A stretch of DNA of 64,000 bases from Candidatus Latescibacterota bacterium. Lineage in GTDB: Bacteria; Latescibacterota; UBA2968; UBA8231. A program made the translations under genes and the position numbers. The notes beneath the pieces are model-generated. The model had not been told where the DNA came from and ran no database searches. It saw only the letters and a program-made list of their open reading frames with translations. The stretch is taken from NCBI GenBank assembly GCA_965243025.1, contig CBDETY010000003.1:1984001-2048000 (forward strand), given 5' to 3'. Below, piece after piece: positions 19,126 through 29,432 of this stretch (position 1 is the stretch's first letter; each line of letters starts with the position of its first letter).

Positions 19126-19380
19126 AAAGAAAAACCCGCCGTCGTCAGACAGCGGGTGTGTTTTCAGGTTCGAACTCCACCGCGGCGCGATTCCGGCGCC
19201 GCCCGAACGGCCTCCGCGGCCGCCCTCCACGACATCTAAACGATCTGAACGGCAATCTCCGCAGCGCCCGGCGTTCCGGGCGCGGCCGGGCCCGGCCCCG
19301 CGGTGGAAGGGGTGGATGCCGGCGTTCGCGGTTCAGGCCTCGGGACCCGCGAACCATATGCTGCAACCGATTTCGACATC
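19126..19380 (-). promoter_or_regulatory. Structured thrS leader ending in an intrinsic terminator (candidate attenuator or atypical T-box)
   Basis: Terminator ACCCGCTGTC-tgac-GACGGCGGGT-TTTTCTTT about 15 nt before the ATG; 10-bp long-range pair TCCACCGCGG/CCGCGGTGGA; several GC hairpins. Confidence 0.6.
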
Positions 19381-19481
19381 CGCTTCGTCTTTCGTTTTCG
19401 GTGGTCAGAACCAACCCAACCTACCGGCAGCCCCATGCATTGTCAAACCGTGCCGGGGGCTGCCCGAACCGTCGGTACCCC

Positions 19482-21278
19482 CTACCAGCCGAAGGCGTAG
19501 CCGATGCTTCCCTTGGCCGAAGCGGCCCCTGAAATCACCCCGGATTCACCGTCGCGGCGGATCGCCAGAACCTTGCCGTTCGACCAGCCGTCACGCGGCG
19601 ACACCCGGTGCCCGCGCCGCTCCAGCTCTTCCAGCACCGCGGCCGGAATCCGGTCCTCGGCGGCAACTTCCCCCGGAAACGCAGCGCGCGGGTAAAACGA
19701 GGAGGGGAAGTGCAGCGAGTGCACGCTCGGGGCGTCGATGGCCTCCTGCAGGTTCATCCCGAAGTCGACGTGGTTGAGGAAGAACTGCAGGGTCCACTGG
19801 TCCTGCGAGTCGCCGCCAGGGGTGCCGAAGACCATGAGGGGATCGCCGTCCCGCATCACCAGGGTCGGGGTCAGGGTGGCGCGCGGCCGCTTGTGTCCCG
19901 CCAGGGCGTTGGGGCGCTCCGGGTTGAGGTAGAACATCTGGCCGCGGGTGCCCAGCGGAAATCCCAGCCCCTCGATCACCGGCGAGGTCCCCAGCCAGCC
20001 GCCGCTCGGAGTCGCCGCCACCATGTTCCCCTCGGCGTCGACGGCGTCGAGGTGGGTGGTGTCCCCGAGGTGGGCGTGGCCCAGCCCGAGGTCCTTGACC
20101 TCGCGCGCGGCCACCTCGAGAGCGCGGCGATTGTCCTCTGCCACGTCGCCCAGCGCGTATTCCGGGACCCCGCCTCCGGCCTCTCCGGGCCGCATCTCAA
20201 GGGACGCGGCCTCCCCGATCAGCTCCCGGCGCTGCGCCGCGTACTCCTTCGACAGCAGGGTGTCGAACGGAACGTCATCATGCAGCGGGTCGCCGTACCA
20301 GGCTTCGCGGTCGGCGAACGCGAGCTTCGAACACTCGATCACCGCGTGCAGGTAGTCGGCGGAGTTGTGCTCCATCCCGGCCAGGTCGAACCCCTCGAGC
20401 AGGGTGAGCTGCTGCAGGAAGACCGGCCCCTGCGTCCAGGAGGAGCACTTGTGGACCTCGAGGCCGCGGTAGTCGACGCCGACCGGCTCGTCGAGGCGCG
20501 GCTCCCAGGCCGCCATGTCGTCGAGGGTCAGGAGCCCGGCGTGCTCGCTGCCGCTGGCGTCGGCGACCGGGTCCTGAATGAAGGAGACGATGGTCTCGGC
20601 GATCTCGCCGCGGTAGAACACGCCGGCCGCGGCCTCGATGCCGGCCACCCGGCCCCTGGCGCTCCCCTCCCGGTCGGCGCGGCTCATCTTCTTGAGGGCC
20701 TCGGCCCAGTCCGGGTTGCGCAGCAGCTGACCCGCTTCAGGCGGCGACCCTCCCGGCAGGTAGACCCGGCCCGTGGTCGGGTACTGGTCCCGGTACTTGG
20801 GGGCGTTGTTGCGCAGCGACGCGGCCAACTCCGGGTACACGGGGAAGCCGTTCTCCGCCAGGTCGATGGCCGGCGCGAGGACCTGCGCGAACCCGAGCCT
20901 GCCGAAGCGGGCCACGGCCAGCGCCCAGGAGCCGACCACCGCGGGCACGCAGGCCGGCAGGTACCCGTCCCCGGGCACCAGGTCGATGCCGTGCTCGCGG
21001 CACCATTCGACGGTGAACGCCCGCGGCGACCAGCCCATGCCGCTGAGCTCGAACATCCGCTTCTCCTCCGCCGAGTAGATCAGCGTCGGCACCTCGCCGC
21101 CGATGCCGTTGCTCTGCGGCTCGAGCAGGTTGAGGCAGAAGCACATCGCCGCGGCCGCGTCGACGGCGTTCCCCCCCTGCTCCATGATGCGGAACCCCGC
21201 GGCGGTGGCGAGGTAGTGGCCCGAGGTGACCACCCCCCTTCTTCCCATCACTACCGGACGCGTGGTGAATCCTGCCAT
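19482..21278 (-). CDS. Gamma-glutamyltransferase family protein
   Basis: GGNAVDAA, KLAFADR, DTTHL nucleophile, FGTPGGD. Confidence 0.93.
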   Translation of the reverse strand: MAGFTTRPVVMGRRGVVTSGHYLATAAGFRIMEQGGNAVDAAAAMCFCLNLLEPQSNGIGGEVPTLIYSAEEKRMFELSGMGWSPRAFTVEWCREHGIDLVPGDGYLPACVPAVVGSWALAVARFGRLGFAQVLAPAIDLAENGFPVYPELAASLRNNAPKYRDQYPTTGRVYLPGGSPPEAGQLLRNPDWAEALKKMSRADREGSARGRVAGIEAAAGVFYRGEIAETIVSFIQDPVADASGSEHAGLLTLDDMAAWEPRLDEPVGVDYRGLEVHKCSSWTQGPVFLQQLTLLEGFDLAGMEHNSADYLHAVIECSKLAFADREAWYGDPLHDDVPFDTLLSKEYAAQRRELIGEAASLEMRPGEAGGGVPEYALGDVAEDNRRALEVAAREVKDLGLGHAHLGDTTHLDAVDAEGNMVAATPSGGWLGTSPVIEGLGFPLGTRGQMFYLNPERPNALAGHKRPRATLTPTLVMRDGDPLMVFGTPGGDSQDQWTLQFFLNHVDFGMNLQEAIDAPSVHSLHFPSSFYPRAAFPGEVAAEDRIPAAVLEELERRGHRVSPRDGWSNGKVLAIRRDGESGVISGAASAKGSIGYAFGW

Positions 21279-21435
21279 CGGTCACTCTCCTGTGTTCTTT
21301 ATTGTTCGATTGGCCGGTTGATTTCAGCGCCCCGACTCAGTCGGTACCGCGCAACCGGGTGTACTGCCTTTTCCGGACAAGCCCCGGCCTGGCGTTCCAG
21401 ACAAGCAACCGGATCGTCTCCGTGTTATCCATCAG

Positions 21436-21701
21436 TTACCAGTTGCCTCGGCGTGGAGCCCTGAGTTGGAGCGCAGTCTCCCGTACCGACCCGTCCCGGA
21501 GATACTCCTCCTGCGAGACTACCATTCCTCATCATGCGCCAGATCCCGGAAGTGGGCCAGGGCCGCCCGGCGAAAAGCGGCGTCCTCGGGCTTCTCTTCA
21601 CCTCCGTACACCTCGTCGAGGTTGGCGACAATTGCTGCTGCCGATCTCTCCTGGATACAGTCTCCCTCCGCCTCCCGGGAAGAAAGTCCCCTGCGCGTCA
21701 T
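21436..21701 (-). pseudogene. Relic MazEF/ChpIK-like toxin-antitoxin module
   Basis: Antitoxin-like C-terminus (ANLDEVYG...AFRRAAL...EEW*) overlaps ATG GTA GTC TCG CAG (MVVSQ, a PemK/MazF-type start), which loses toxin similarity at once and stops after 29 aa. Confidence 0.55.
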
Positions 21702-22732
21702 TCTGTCTTCCGGATTCCTTCCTCCCGCTGAGCCAGTGGATCGACCGGTACTCCTTCCGAACGGGAACTCTCCTCCCGAGCCTGCAGACCGTCGAAGGCT
21801 CCCAGGACCCCGCGGCCGTTGCGAACCGTGTTGGTCGCCAGCTCGACCGCGGCTGCCACCGCGTCAGCGAGGCTCTCGCCGCGGCTCAGCCCGTGGACCA
21901 GGCGCCCGTTCAGGGTATCCCCCGCCCCGACCGAGTTCCTCCCTTCCACAGGCACCGCGGGCACCGTTCCCGATTCCCCGGCGCGGCTGACGAACAGCGC
22001 CCCGAGGCTCCCCCTCTTGACGACCACCCACTGCGGCCCCGCTTCCAGGGCCCCCTCGGCCAGCGCCTCCGGAGAGCCGGCCGGCAGCCAGTGGCCCAGC
22101 TCCTCTTCGGTGGCGGCGAGGCCGTCGATCAGCCCCCACAGGCCGAGCATCTGCTCCGCCGATACCCTTCCCGCGAACCAGGGGCTCGGATCGAACACCA
22201 CCCTGGCGCCGCGCGCCCTCGCACCCGAGAAAAGCTCCTTCAGACCGTCGACGTCCCCGCCCTCGACCCCTCCGTACCCCGACGCCAGCAGCCAGTCCGG
22301 CGTTTCGCCGGCGGAAAGCAGCCACTCGACCTTCTCCCCCGGGAAATAGGCGGAGCGCCTGCGGCCGGCCGCGTCGAGCTGCACGACGTGGACCGCGGTA
22401 GCTTTCGGGGGCGGGTCCGCGGTGACGAGGCTTACCCCTGCCCCGGTGAGCCAGGAAGCCGCCAGGGAGCCGGGCCCGTCGGCGCCGATGTTGCTGTTGA
22501 GGCTGACGCTGTTTCCGAGGCGCCCGAGGACCCAGGCAGGGGCGGCGCCGCAGCCTCCGAGGGTGATTTCGATCGGATCGTCGAGCAGCAGGGTGTTGGC
22601 CCCCCAGGTGTCGCCGGTTTCCTGCGGCAGGCCCGCCGGGGTGCGTACCAGCACGTCGAGGGCGCTGTTGCCGACGACGTGAACACTTGCCCGCGGCCGC
22701 TCCTCCGCCCCGGGCGTCGACCGCTCAGCCAC
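21698..22732 (-). CDS. PfkB-family carbohydrate kinase
   Basis: GGCGAAPA, VVKRGSLGA, NSVGAGDTLNG. Confidence 0.88.
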   Translation of the reverse strand: MAERSTPGAEERPRASVHVVGNSALDVLVRTPAGLPQETGDTWGANTLLLDDPIEITLGGCGAAPAWVLGRLGNSVSLNSNIGADGPGSLAASWLTGAGVSLVTADPPPKATAVHVVQLDAAGRRRSAYFPGEKVEWLLSAGETPDWLLASGYGGVEGGDVDGLKELFSGARARGARVVFDPSPWFAGRVSAEQMLGLWGLIDGLAATEEELGHWLPAGSPEALAEGALEAGPQWVVVKRGSLGALFVSRAGESGTVPAVPVEGRNSVGAGDTLNGRLVHGLSRGESLADAVAAAVELATNTVRNGRGVLGAFDGLQAREESSRSEGVPVDPLAQREEGIRKTE

Positions 22733-23249
22733 CCCCCTCGCCCCGGGCACCGGGGAATTCAAGCTCCTCCTGCAGGCGGGACCCGGCAGGAGCCTCGCTG
22801 GCCGTCACCCGGTCCCCGACCCGGATCAGCCCCCCTTCGACCACCTGGCCGAAGACGCCGCCCCGCATCTGCACGGAGAGCATCTTCCGCAGTCCGGCGC
22901 GGGCCTCGTTCATGCGCTCGCACGGGACGGTCTCCCCCAGGATCAGCAGCTCCACCCCGCCGACGCGGAGCCGCCGTCCGAGAGTGCCGGCGAGATCCCC
23001 GCCGATCAGCAGGTTGGCGCGCCGGGTCTCCGGCGGCAACTGCCCGCCGAAAGGGGCGGCCGCCGCCTTCCAGGACTGCTCCGACAGCAGCGTCACCTCG
23101 CGATGGGGTTTGCGCGGGTGGTCGCCTGCCAATCCCTGGCCTGCCACGGCCTCGACTTCGGACAGCGGGGTGGCCGGCGCCCGCTGTTCCGGAAAGACGA
23201 AGATCGCCAGCACCTCCCCCACGAACTCTTCGCAACGCTCATCAGACAT
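22725..23249 (-). CDS. MOSC-domain protein
   Basis: GLAGD...REVTL, RRANLLI, PCERM, RGGVFGQVVEGGLIRVGD. Confidence 0.88.
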   Translation of the reverse strand: MSDERCEEFVGEVLAIFVFPEQRAPATPLSEVEAVAGQGLAGDHPRKPHREVTLLSEQSWKAAAAPFGGQLPPETRRANLLIGGDLAGTLGRRLRVGGVELLILGETVPCERMNEARAGLRKMLSVQMRGGVFGQVVEGGLIRVGDRVTASEAPAGSRLQEELEFPGARGEGGG

Positions 23250-23261
23250 CCGGGCGGTCTC

Positions 23262-24899
23262 CTATTTCTCCGGGCACTCCAGCTCGCGGCTCAGGAGGCG
23301 GGCGTTGATGCTGTAGTCGACCGGGATCTCGACGACGTGGACCCCGGGGTGGTAGAGACAGTGGCGCAGCACCGGCTCCAGCTCCTGCGTGTTCCGGATG
23401 CGGTGGCCGTGCGCCCCGTAGCTCTCGGCGTAGCGGACGAAATCCGGGTTGCCGTAGTCGAGCCCGAAATCCGGCAGCCCCATGTCCTGCTGCTTCCACT
23501 TGATCATGCCGTAGCCGTCGTCCTTGAGGACGAGGACGACGAGGTTCAGGCCGATCCGGACCGCGGTCTCGAGCTCCTGGGAGTTCATCATGAAGCCGCC
23601 GTCGCCGCAGACCGCCATCACCTTCTCGTCGGGGTCGCAGATCTTGGCCGCCATCGCCGAGGGCAGGCCGGCCCCCATGGTCGCCAGCGAGTTGTCGAGG
23701 AGCACGGTGTTGGGGGCGTGCGCCTGGTAGTTGAGGGCGAACCAGATCTTGTACACGCCGTTGTCGAGGGCGAGGATGCCGGTGTCCGGCATCACCGCGC
23801 GCACCGCCGAGACCAGGCGCGGCGGCAGCACCGGGAAGGAGTCGTCGTCCTCCCCATCCCGCAGCCGCGCCTCGGCGTACTTCTTGACCCTGGCGAAGTA
23901 GTCGAAATCCCAGGTATCCTGGCGCTCGAGCCGCTGCATGATCTGCCACAGGCTGTTGCCGATGTCCCCGATCACCTCGTGGCCGGGGAAGTAGACGGGG
24001 TCGAAGGAGGCGGAGGAAAAGTTGATGTGGATGACCTCGAAGCCTCCGTGCCGCATGAAGAACGGGGGCTTCTCGACGACGTCGTGGCCGGCGTTGATGA
24101 TCAGGTCGGCGTGCTCGATGGCGCAGTGCAGGTAGTCGTTGGCCGACAGCGCCGCGTTGCCGAGATACAGGGGATGGCGCTCGTCGACCACCCCCTTTCC
24201 CATCTGGGTGCTGAAGAACGGCATGCCGGTCTTGTCGATGAACTGCGACAGCATGCGCGAGGTGCGCTTGCGGTTGGTGCCGGCGCCGGTGACCAGCAGC
24301 GGGCGCTTCGCCGCGGCGATCATCTCGACGGCCCGGGCGACCGCCTTTTCCTCGGCGATCGGCCGCCGCGGCCGCTCCTGGGGATACAGCGGCACGTCGA
24401 CCTCCTCGTCGGCGATGTCCTCGGGCAGCTCGAGATGAACGGCGCCGGGGCGTTCTTCCTCGGCGACCCGGAAGGCCTTGCGCACCGTGGAGGGTATCAA
24501 GGGGCTGCTGACGATCTGGTGGGTGTACTTGGTAAGCGGCCGCATCATCTCGACGACGTCGACGATCTGGAACTGCCCCTGCTTGCTCGTCTTTATCGGC
24601 TTCTGGCCGGTGATCATCATCATCGGCATCGCCCCGAGCTGGGCGTAGGCCGCGGCGGTGACGAGGTTGGTCGCTCCCGGCCCCAGGGTCGACAGGCAGA
24701 CCCCGGTCTTGCCGGTCAGCCGGCCACGGGTCGCCGCCATGAAGCCGGCCCCCTGCTCGTGGCGCGTCAGGATGAGCTGGATGCTGCTCGATTTCCGCAG
24801 GGAATCGAGCAGATCGAGGTTCTCCTCACCCGGTATGCCGAACACGAACTGGACGCCCTCGGCCTCGAGGGCCTTCACGAACAGGTCCGAAGCTTTCAT
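23262..24899 (-). CDS. Acetolactate synthase-like TPP enzyme
   Basis: FGIPGEENL, RHEQGAGFMA, GDGGFMMNSQELET. Confidence 0.93.
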   Translation of the reverse strand: MKASDLFVKALEAEGVQFVFGIPGEENLDLLDSLRKSSSIQLILTRHEQGAGFMAATRGRLTGKTGVCLSTLGPGATNLVTAAAYAQLGAMPMMMITGQKPIKTSKQGQFQIVDVVEMMRPLTKYTHQIVSSPLIPSTVRKAFRVAEEERPGAVHLELPEDIADEEVDVPLYPQERPRRPIAEEKAVARAVEMIAAAKRPLLVTGAGTNRKRTSRMLSQFIDKTGMPFFSTQMGKGVVDERHPLYLGNAALSANDYLHCAIEHADLIINAGHDVVEKPPFFMRHGGFEVIHINFSSASFDPVYFPGHEVIGDIGNSLWQIMQRLERQDTWDFDYFARVKKYAEARLRDGEDDDSFPVLPPRLVSAVRAVMPDTGILALDNGVYKIWFALNYQAHAPNTVLLDNSLATMGAGLPSAMAAKICDPDEKVMAVCGDGGFMMNSQELETAVRIGLNLVVLVLKDDGYGMIKWKQQDMGLPDFGLDYGNPDFVRYAESYGAHGHRIRNTQELEPVLRHCLYHPGVHVVEIPVDYSINARLLSRELECPEK

Positions 24900-24917
24900 C
24901 GTTTGCTGCTTTCTCCT

Positions 24918-25973
24918 TCAGGTGCCCGGCTCGAGGTCGACCCCGAGCTCGTCCGCGCAGGCGGCGATCTGCCGCCACGTCTCCTCGTCCACGGCGATCT
25001 CCTCGCCGCGGCGGCCGCTCTGCCGGCGCTCGACCTCCCCCGGGATCAGCACCTCTCCGAAGCCGGCCATCGGCGGGGCCGACTTCAGGTAGCGGACGAA
25101 GCCGTCGACTTCGGCGGCGAAATCCCCGAACGGGAGGAACTGGGCCACGTCGAGGGCGAGCAGGAAGCAGCCGTTGCCCAGCCGCGCCCGCGGGTGCCCG
25201 GTGGTGCCGGCGCCGCTGAGGGCGCCCCCGAGCAGGTCGACGATCACCCCGAGCCCGTACCCCTTGTGGCCCGCCGACCCCCCGAAGGGGAGAATGGTTC
25301 CGCGCGGCTCGGTGTAGAGGTCCGCCGGGTCGTTGGTCGGCTGTCCGTTGCGGTCGAGCATCCACCCGTCCGGGACCGGCTCGCCGCTGTTGAGCCTGAC
25401 CCGGACCTTGCCCTCGGCCACGGCGCTGGTGGTCATGTCGAGAACGATCGGGGCCTGCGCATCCCCGGTGGGGATGCCGACGGCAACGGGGTTCGTCGCC
25501 AGGCGGCCTTCGGCGCCCCCCCACGGGGCGATGATGGCCCCGCGGCCATGGGCGTTGGCCATCAGCAGGCCGATCTGCTCCTCCCGCGCCATCTCCTCGA
25601 CGTAGGCCCCGAGCCGCCCGATGTGGTAGCTGCGGCGGACGGTCACCGCCGCCAGCCCGCACTGCCGGGCTTTCGCAATGCACACCTCGGCGGCGCGGCC
25701 GGCGACGACCTGGCCGAACCCCCAGTTGCCGTCGAGGGTTGCCGAGGCCGGGGTTTCCGCCGCGGTCTCGACCGCGGCCCCGGGCACCACCTCTCCGTCC
25801 TCGATCCCCTTCAGGTACTGCGGCACCCTGATGACGCCGTGGGAATCGTGGCCGAGCCGGTTCGCCTCGACCAGGCGCCCGGCGACGGCGGCGGCCTCCG
25901 GAGCGGGGACCTGCGCGGCGAGGAACAGGTTCCGGCAGGTCTCGACAAGGCGATCGGGGTGCAGAATCGGCAT
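24918..25973 (-). CDS. Ldh_2-family (malate/lactate/ureidoglycolate type) dehydrogenase
   Basis: GHDSHG, HIGRLG, TNP, LDMTTS, HKGYGL, PGEVE. Confidence 0.92.
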   Translation of the reverse strand: MPILHPDRLVETCRNLFLAAQVPAPEAAAVAGRLVEANRLGHDSHGVIRVPQYLKGIEDGEVVPGAAVETAAETPASATLDGNWGFGQVVAGRAAEVCIAKARQCGLAAVTVRRSYHIGRLGAYVEEMAREEQIGLLMANAHGRGAIIAPWGGAEGRLATNPVAVGIPTGDAQAPIVLDMTTSAVAEGKVRVRLNSGEPVPDGWMLDRNGQPTNDPADLYTEPRGTILPFGGSAGHKGYGLGVIVDLLGGALSGAGTTGHPRARLGNGCFLLALDVAQFLPFGDFAAEVDGFVRYLKSAPPMAGFGEVLIPGEVERRQSGRRGEEIAVDEETWRQIAACADELGVDLEPGT

Positions 25974-26117
25974 GCGGGCGCGCTGGTGCTGGACGGACTC
26001 GGTTTCCCCGGGATTCCGAGGAGGTGTAACTGACTGTAAAAAGATTACTTAAGGAAGGTGAAACAGGGGGGCTTCCGGGTCAACCTCGGCGGCGCCTGCG
26101 ACCTGTCCGATGAGCCT

Positions 26118-27683
26118 CTACCAGATCAACAGCGTCTTGAGAAACCGGTCCGCCTGCCGCTCGTCGAGGCGGGCCTTTTTTCGCGCCTTCTTCACCAGGT
26201 CCTTGGTGGTGCTGACCTTCTCCCCGCGATACAGCTTGCTCCCCTCCGCGAGGATCTCCCCGAGCAGGCGCGCCGCCGCGGCCGGCTCGATCTCCGAAGC
26301 CGCGGCCGCGGCCTCCACCGCGGGGCGCAGCCGACCGCCCGGCTCTTCGATCTCCCGCCTGGCCCGGGCCGTCAACAGGCCGAGGAACATCCTCACCTTT
26401 GCCCGCTCGATGCGGATCGAGCGCGCCGGGTCGATGACGAACATGTCGGTGCGGCCGACGATGTCCTGCTGAACGAGCCTGGACAGGTGGCGCAGGATCT
26501 GGGTCACCACGGTGTCGGCGTCCGCGGCCGACATCCCCTCGGCGCGCTCTACCTCCCCTACCCAGGGGGGGATCTCGATCCCGGGCCCGCGCGCCAGGAC
26601 GCTGCGGTTTCTCGCCCCGAGGCGGCGCAGCGACTCCACCGATCCCGGGGGAACTGGGGGCTGCGCTCCTGCCTCCGGAGGTTCCCCGTTCTGCATGGCC
26701 GCTTCCCCGGCAGCCTTCCGGAGCCGGGCGCGCGTCGCCTGTGCGGCGGCCCGGGCTTCCCGGGCGGCTTCGGCGGCTGTCTCGGCCGCCGCGGCCAGGC
26801 TGTCCCGGCGCGCCTGCAGGCGGGCGATGCCGTCCCCGACCCGGGCCGACACCAGGCCGGACGGCGGCTCCGATACCGGGCGTTCCAGCGGCGACTCCGG
26901 CTCTTTGGGAGGCGGCGGGGGAGGCTTCAGGCCGGGGGGCTCCCCGGACAGGACGACCTGGTGGCGCCACCAGATCCACTTGGACACCTCCTTGCCGGAG
27001 GCTTCGAGGGCGATCTTCCCGTGCAGGGACTCGCGCGGACGGTCGCTGTCGGTCACCAGGAACATCGCGTCCAGCACCATCTCGGGGAACGGGTGGAGCC
27101 CGAGCCAGGACCACGGAATGGCCAGCTCGTAGGTGTAAACTCCCGGGCGCGCCCGGGAAGCGGCCCGGACGGGGATCCCGGCCGCCGGCTCGGTGCGCTG
27201 CCTTCCCCCCCAGGCGAAGGCCTTCCCCTCCCCCGGCAGGGGCGAGACCCAGATGTTCAACCCGGTGTCCTCCCCGGGGCCGCGCACGAAGACCTTGAGG
27301 TGATCGTAGAAGAACATGGCGTTCTTCTCGCTGCCGCTGGCGCGCACCTTGCGTCTTTCGGGAGGGACCTGGGCGGCGTCGAGGTGGTCGTCGGTGACGG
27401 CGACGGCGACGTAGAGGTTGGCGGCGTCCCAGCAGGTGCAGACGTCCGCCTCCTGCTCCGGCCAGCCTGAAAACACGCCGCGGTGCCCGACGCGGTCGGC
27501 AGCCGGGTCCAGGGCGATGCAGCCGGCGGGGCCCCATTCGTTGAGATCGCCGTCGACGGCGACGCTCCAGTCGACGGCGGCGACTGTCCGGGCGGCGTCC
27601 CCGGCAGCCGCCGGGATCTCCTCCCCGGCGCCGCGGACCAGGGCCGGGAGCAGGCAGAGGAACAGGGCGGGGGCCCGGGGCAC
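26118..27683 (-). CDS. Secreted hypothetical protein: CBM9/DOMON-like domain, Pro-rich linker, helical tail
   Basis: Signal-like N-terminus; VDGDLNEW, WDAANLYVAVAVTDD, YTYELAIPW; KPPPPPP linker; GTG overlaps the upstream TAG. Confidence 0.72.
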   Translation of the reverse strand: MPRAPALFLCLLPALVRGAGEEIPAAAGDAARTVAAVDWSVAVDGDLNEWGPAGCIALDPAADRVGHRGVFSGWPEQEADVCTCWDAANLYVAVAVTDDHLDAAQVPPERRKVRASGSEKNAMFFYDHLKVFVRGPGEDTGLNIWVSPLPGEGKAFAWGGRQRTEPAAGIPVRAASRARPGVYTYELAIPWSWLGLHPFPEMVLDAMFLVTDSDRPRESLHGKIALEASGKEVSKWIWWRHQVVLSGEPPGLKPPPPPPKEPESPLERPVSEPPSGLVSARVGDGIARLQARRDSLAAAAETAAEAAREARAAAQATRARLRKAAGEAAMQNGEPPEAGAQPPVPPGSVESLRRLGARNRSVLARGPGIEIPPWVGEVERAEGMSAADADTVVTQILRHLSRLVQQDIVGRTDMFVIDPARSIRIERAKVRMFLGLLTARARREIEEPGGRLRPAVEAAAAASEIEPAAAARLLGEILAEGSKLYRGEKVSTTKDLVKKARKKARLDERQADRFLKTLLIW

Positions 27684-28216
27684 TACCCGGTGCCGCCTTC
27701 CCGCATCCGCGATACCGCCCACTCCGCCTCGGCGTCCTCGACGGCGACGGCGTGGACTCCCCTGGAGAACTGCGACTGCAGGTAGTCGTACTGCTCCTGC
27801 ATCGCCGCGTCCGGGTACTCCCACCCGTGCAGGAAATGCACCCCATGGACGCCGGCCTGCAGCAGCTCCTTGGTGCACCCGAAGCAGGGTCGCATCGTCG
27901 AGTAGAGGACCGCCCCTTCGGTGGCGATGCCGAATCTCGCCGCGGCGAGCAGGGCGTTCTGCTCGGCGTGGACGCAGATGCACAGGTCGTAGCGGCTGCC
28001 GGACTGGTAGCGCTCGCGGTCGGCGCAGCGCTCGCAGCCGCCGTCGGTGCAGTTCGTCATGCTCGCCGGGGTGCCGTTGTACCCGGTCGAAATGATGCGG
28101 TCGTCGAGCACGAGAATCGCCCCGACGCGGTTGCCGAGGCAGTCGGCGCGGGAGCGCACCGACATGGCGATCCCCATGTAGTACTGGTCCCACCCGGGGC
28201 GTGAGTTCGGCTGCAT
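27683..28216 (-). CDS. dCMP deaminase (ComEB family)
   Basis: RPGWDQYYM, TGYNG, HAEQNA, PCFGC. Confidence 0.92.
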   Translation of the reverse strand: MQPNSRPGWDQYYMGIAMSVRSRADCLGNRVGAILVLDDRIISTGYNGTPASMTNCTDGGCERCADRERYQSGSRYDLCICVHAEQNALLAAARFGIATEGAVLYSTMRPCFGCTKELLQAGVHGVHFLHGWEYPDAAMQEQYDYLQSQFSRGVHAVAVEDAEAEWAVSRMREGGTG

Positions 28217-28454
28217 TCGCCGGCCTTTCGATGCTGGTTCGTCCACCGTACCTTGAGGCCGCCCGGAACCGCCCGTTGCAACACCTGACGGGCTGTCAAG
28301 GGCCGTTTTGAAGATATGCGGTTGCCGGCGGGGGGCCTACCCTGCTCCCCGGCTGGGCGGGGGCGAGCCCGGAGGACTGAAACTCAGATCTGCAACGCCG
28401 CCGGATTCACGCTCAGGAACGCGCGCCCCGGGCAACCAGGACTGGAGATCGTAA

Positions 28455-29432
28455 ATGAACGTTCCCCCCACGGACGGGGTCACCGTCGACCCGGAGGCGC
28501 TGCGAACGCTGGTCGGCGGCATCTTCGGCGCCGTGCCGGTCCCGGAAGAGCACGCGGAGCTGTTCGCCCGGCTGCTCGTCGACACCGACCTGCGCGGGGT
28601 GGTCAGCCACGGGGTCCTCCAGGTCGAGCGCTACGTGCGCGGGTTTCAGGAGGGGACCATCAACCCGTTCCCGGAAATCGAGGTGCTGCGCGAAGGGCCG
28701 GCTGCGGCGGCCCTGTCCGGCGGCGGAGGCCTCGGCATCGCCGTTGCCGCCGAGGCGATGCGCATGGCGATCGCCAAGGCACGCGCCTGCGGGGCCGGGG
28801 TGGTCACCACCACCTTCCACGACCACATCGGGAGCGCCGGCAAGTACGTGCGCATGGCCCTGCGCGAGCACCTCGTCGGCATCGCCTTCTCCGGGCGCAG
28901 CAGCTCCCCCTCCTACCCGGCGGAGGCGAGCCCCCAGGGGACCATCCAGGGCAGCCCTCCCCTGGCCTTCGGGACGCCTGCCGACGCCGACCACCCCGAT
29001 TTCCTGCTCGACTTCTCCAGCGGCCTGCGCTGGCACGAGGAGATTTTCGCCCTCTACCCGGAGCTCTACTTTCGCGGGATCGGGCTGTCCCACGTGGCCA
29101 ACATCTTCAGCGGCACCCTCGGGGGACAGATGCTGCCCCGCTTCGACCGCCGCAACCTCGAGTTCACCGGAGCGAACCAGTCGGGGTTCTTCACCGCCAT
29201 CGACATCGGGCATTTCGTCCCGGTGGAGGCCTTCGAGAAGGACGTCGGACAGCTTATGGGAGCGGTTTCGCGGATGACGCCGTTTCCCGGGTACGACCAC
29301 GCCGACCTCCCGGGAGGGCCGGAATGGAGGCGGGAAAAGGCCTACTCGGCCGGGGTCCCGATCAGCAGACAGGCCGCCGACGCCCTTGAAACCCTGGCCG
29401 GGGAGTGCGGCCTGACCGTGCCCTGGCAGTAG
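28455..29432 (+). CDS. Divergent Ldh_2-family oxidoreductase
   Basis: DLRGVVSHG, HIGSAG, LLDF, LPGGPE. Confidence 0.85.
   Translation: MNVPPTDGVTVDPEALRTLVGGIFGAVPVPEEHAELFARLLVDTDLRGVVSHGVLQVERYVRGFQEGTINPFPEIEVLREGPAAAALSGGGGLGIAVAAEAMRMAIAKARACGAGVVTTTFHDHIGSAGKYVRMALREHLVGIAFSGRSSSPSYPAEASPQGTIQGSPPLAFGTPADADHPDFLLDFSSGLRWHEEIFALYPELYFRGIGLSHVANIFSGTLGGQMLPRFDRRNLEFTGANQSGFFTAIDIGHFVPVEAFEKDVGQLMGAVSRMTPFPGYDHADLPGGPEWRREKAYSAGVPISRQAADALETLAGECGLTVPWQ

Noticed and set aside
19160-19190. tRNA or tmRNA T-loop (GGTTCGAAC)
   Set aside because: The flanks do not form a T-stem or cloverleaf on either strand.
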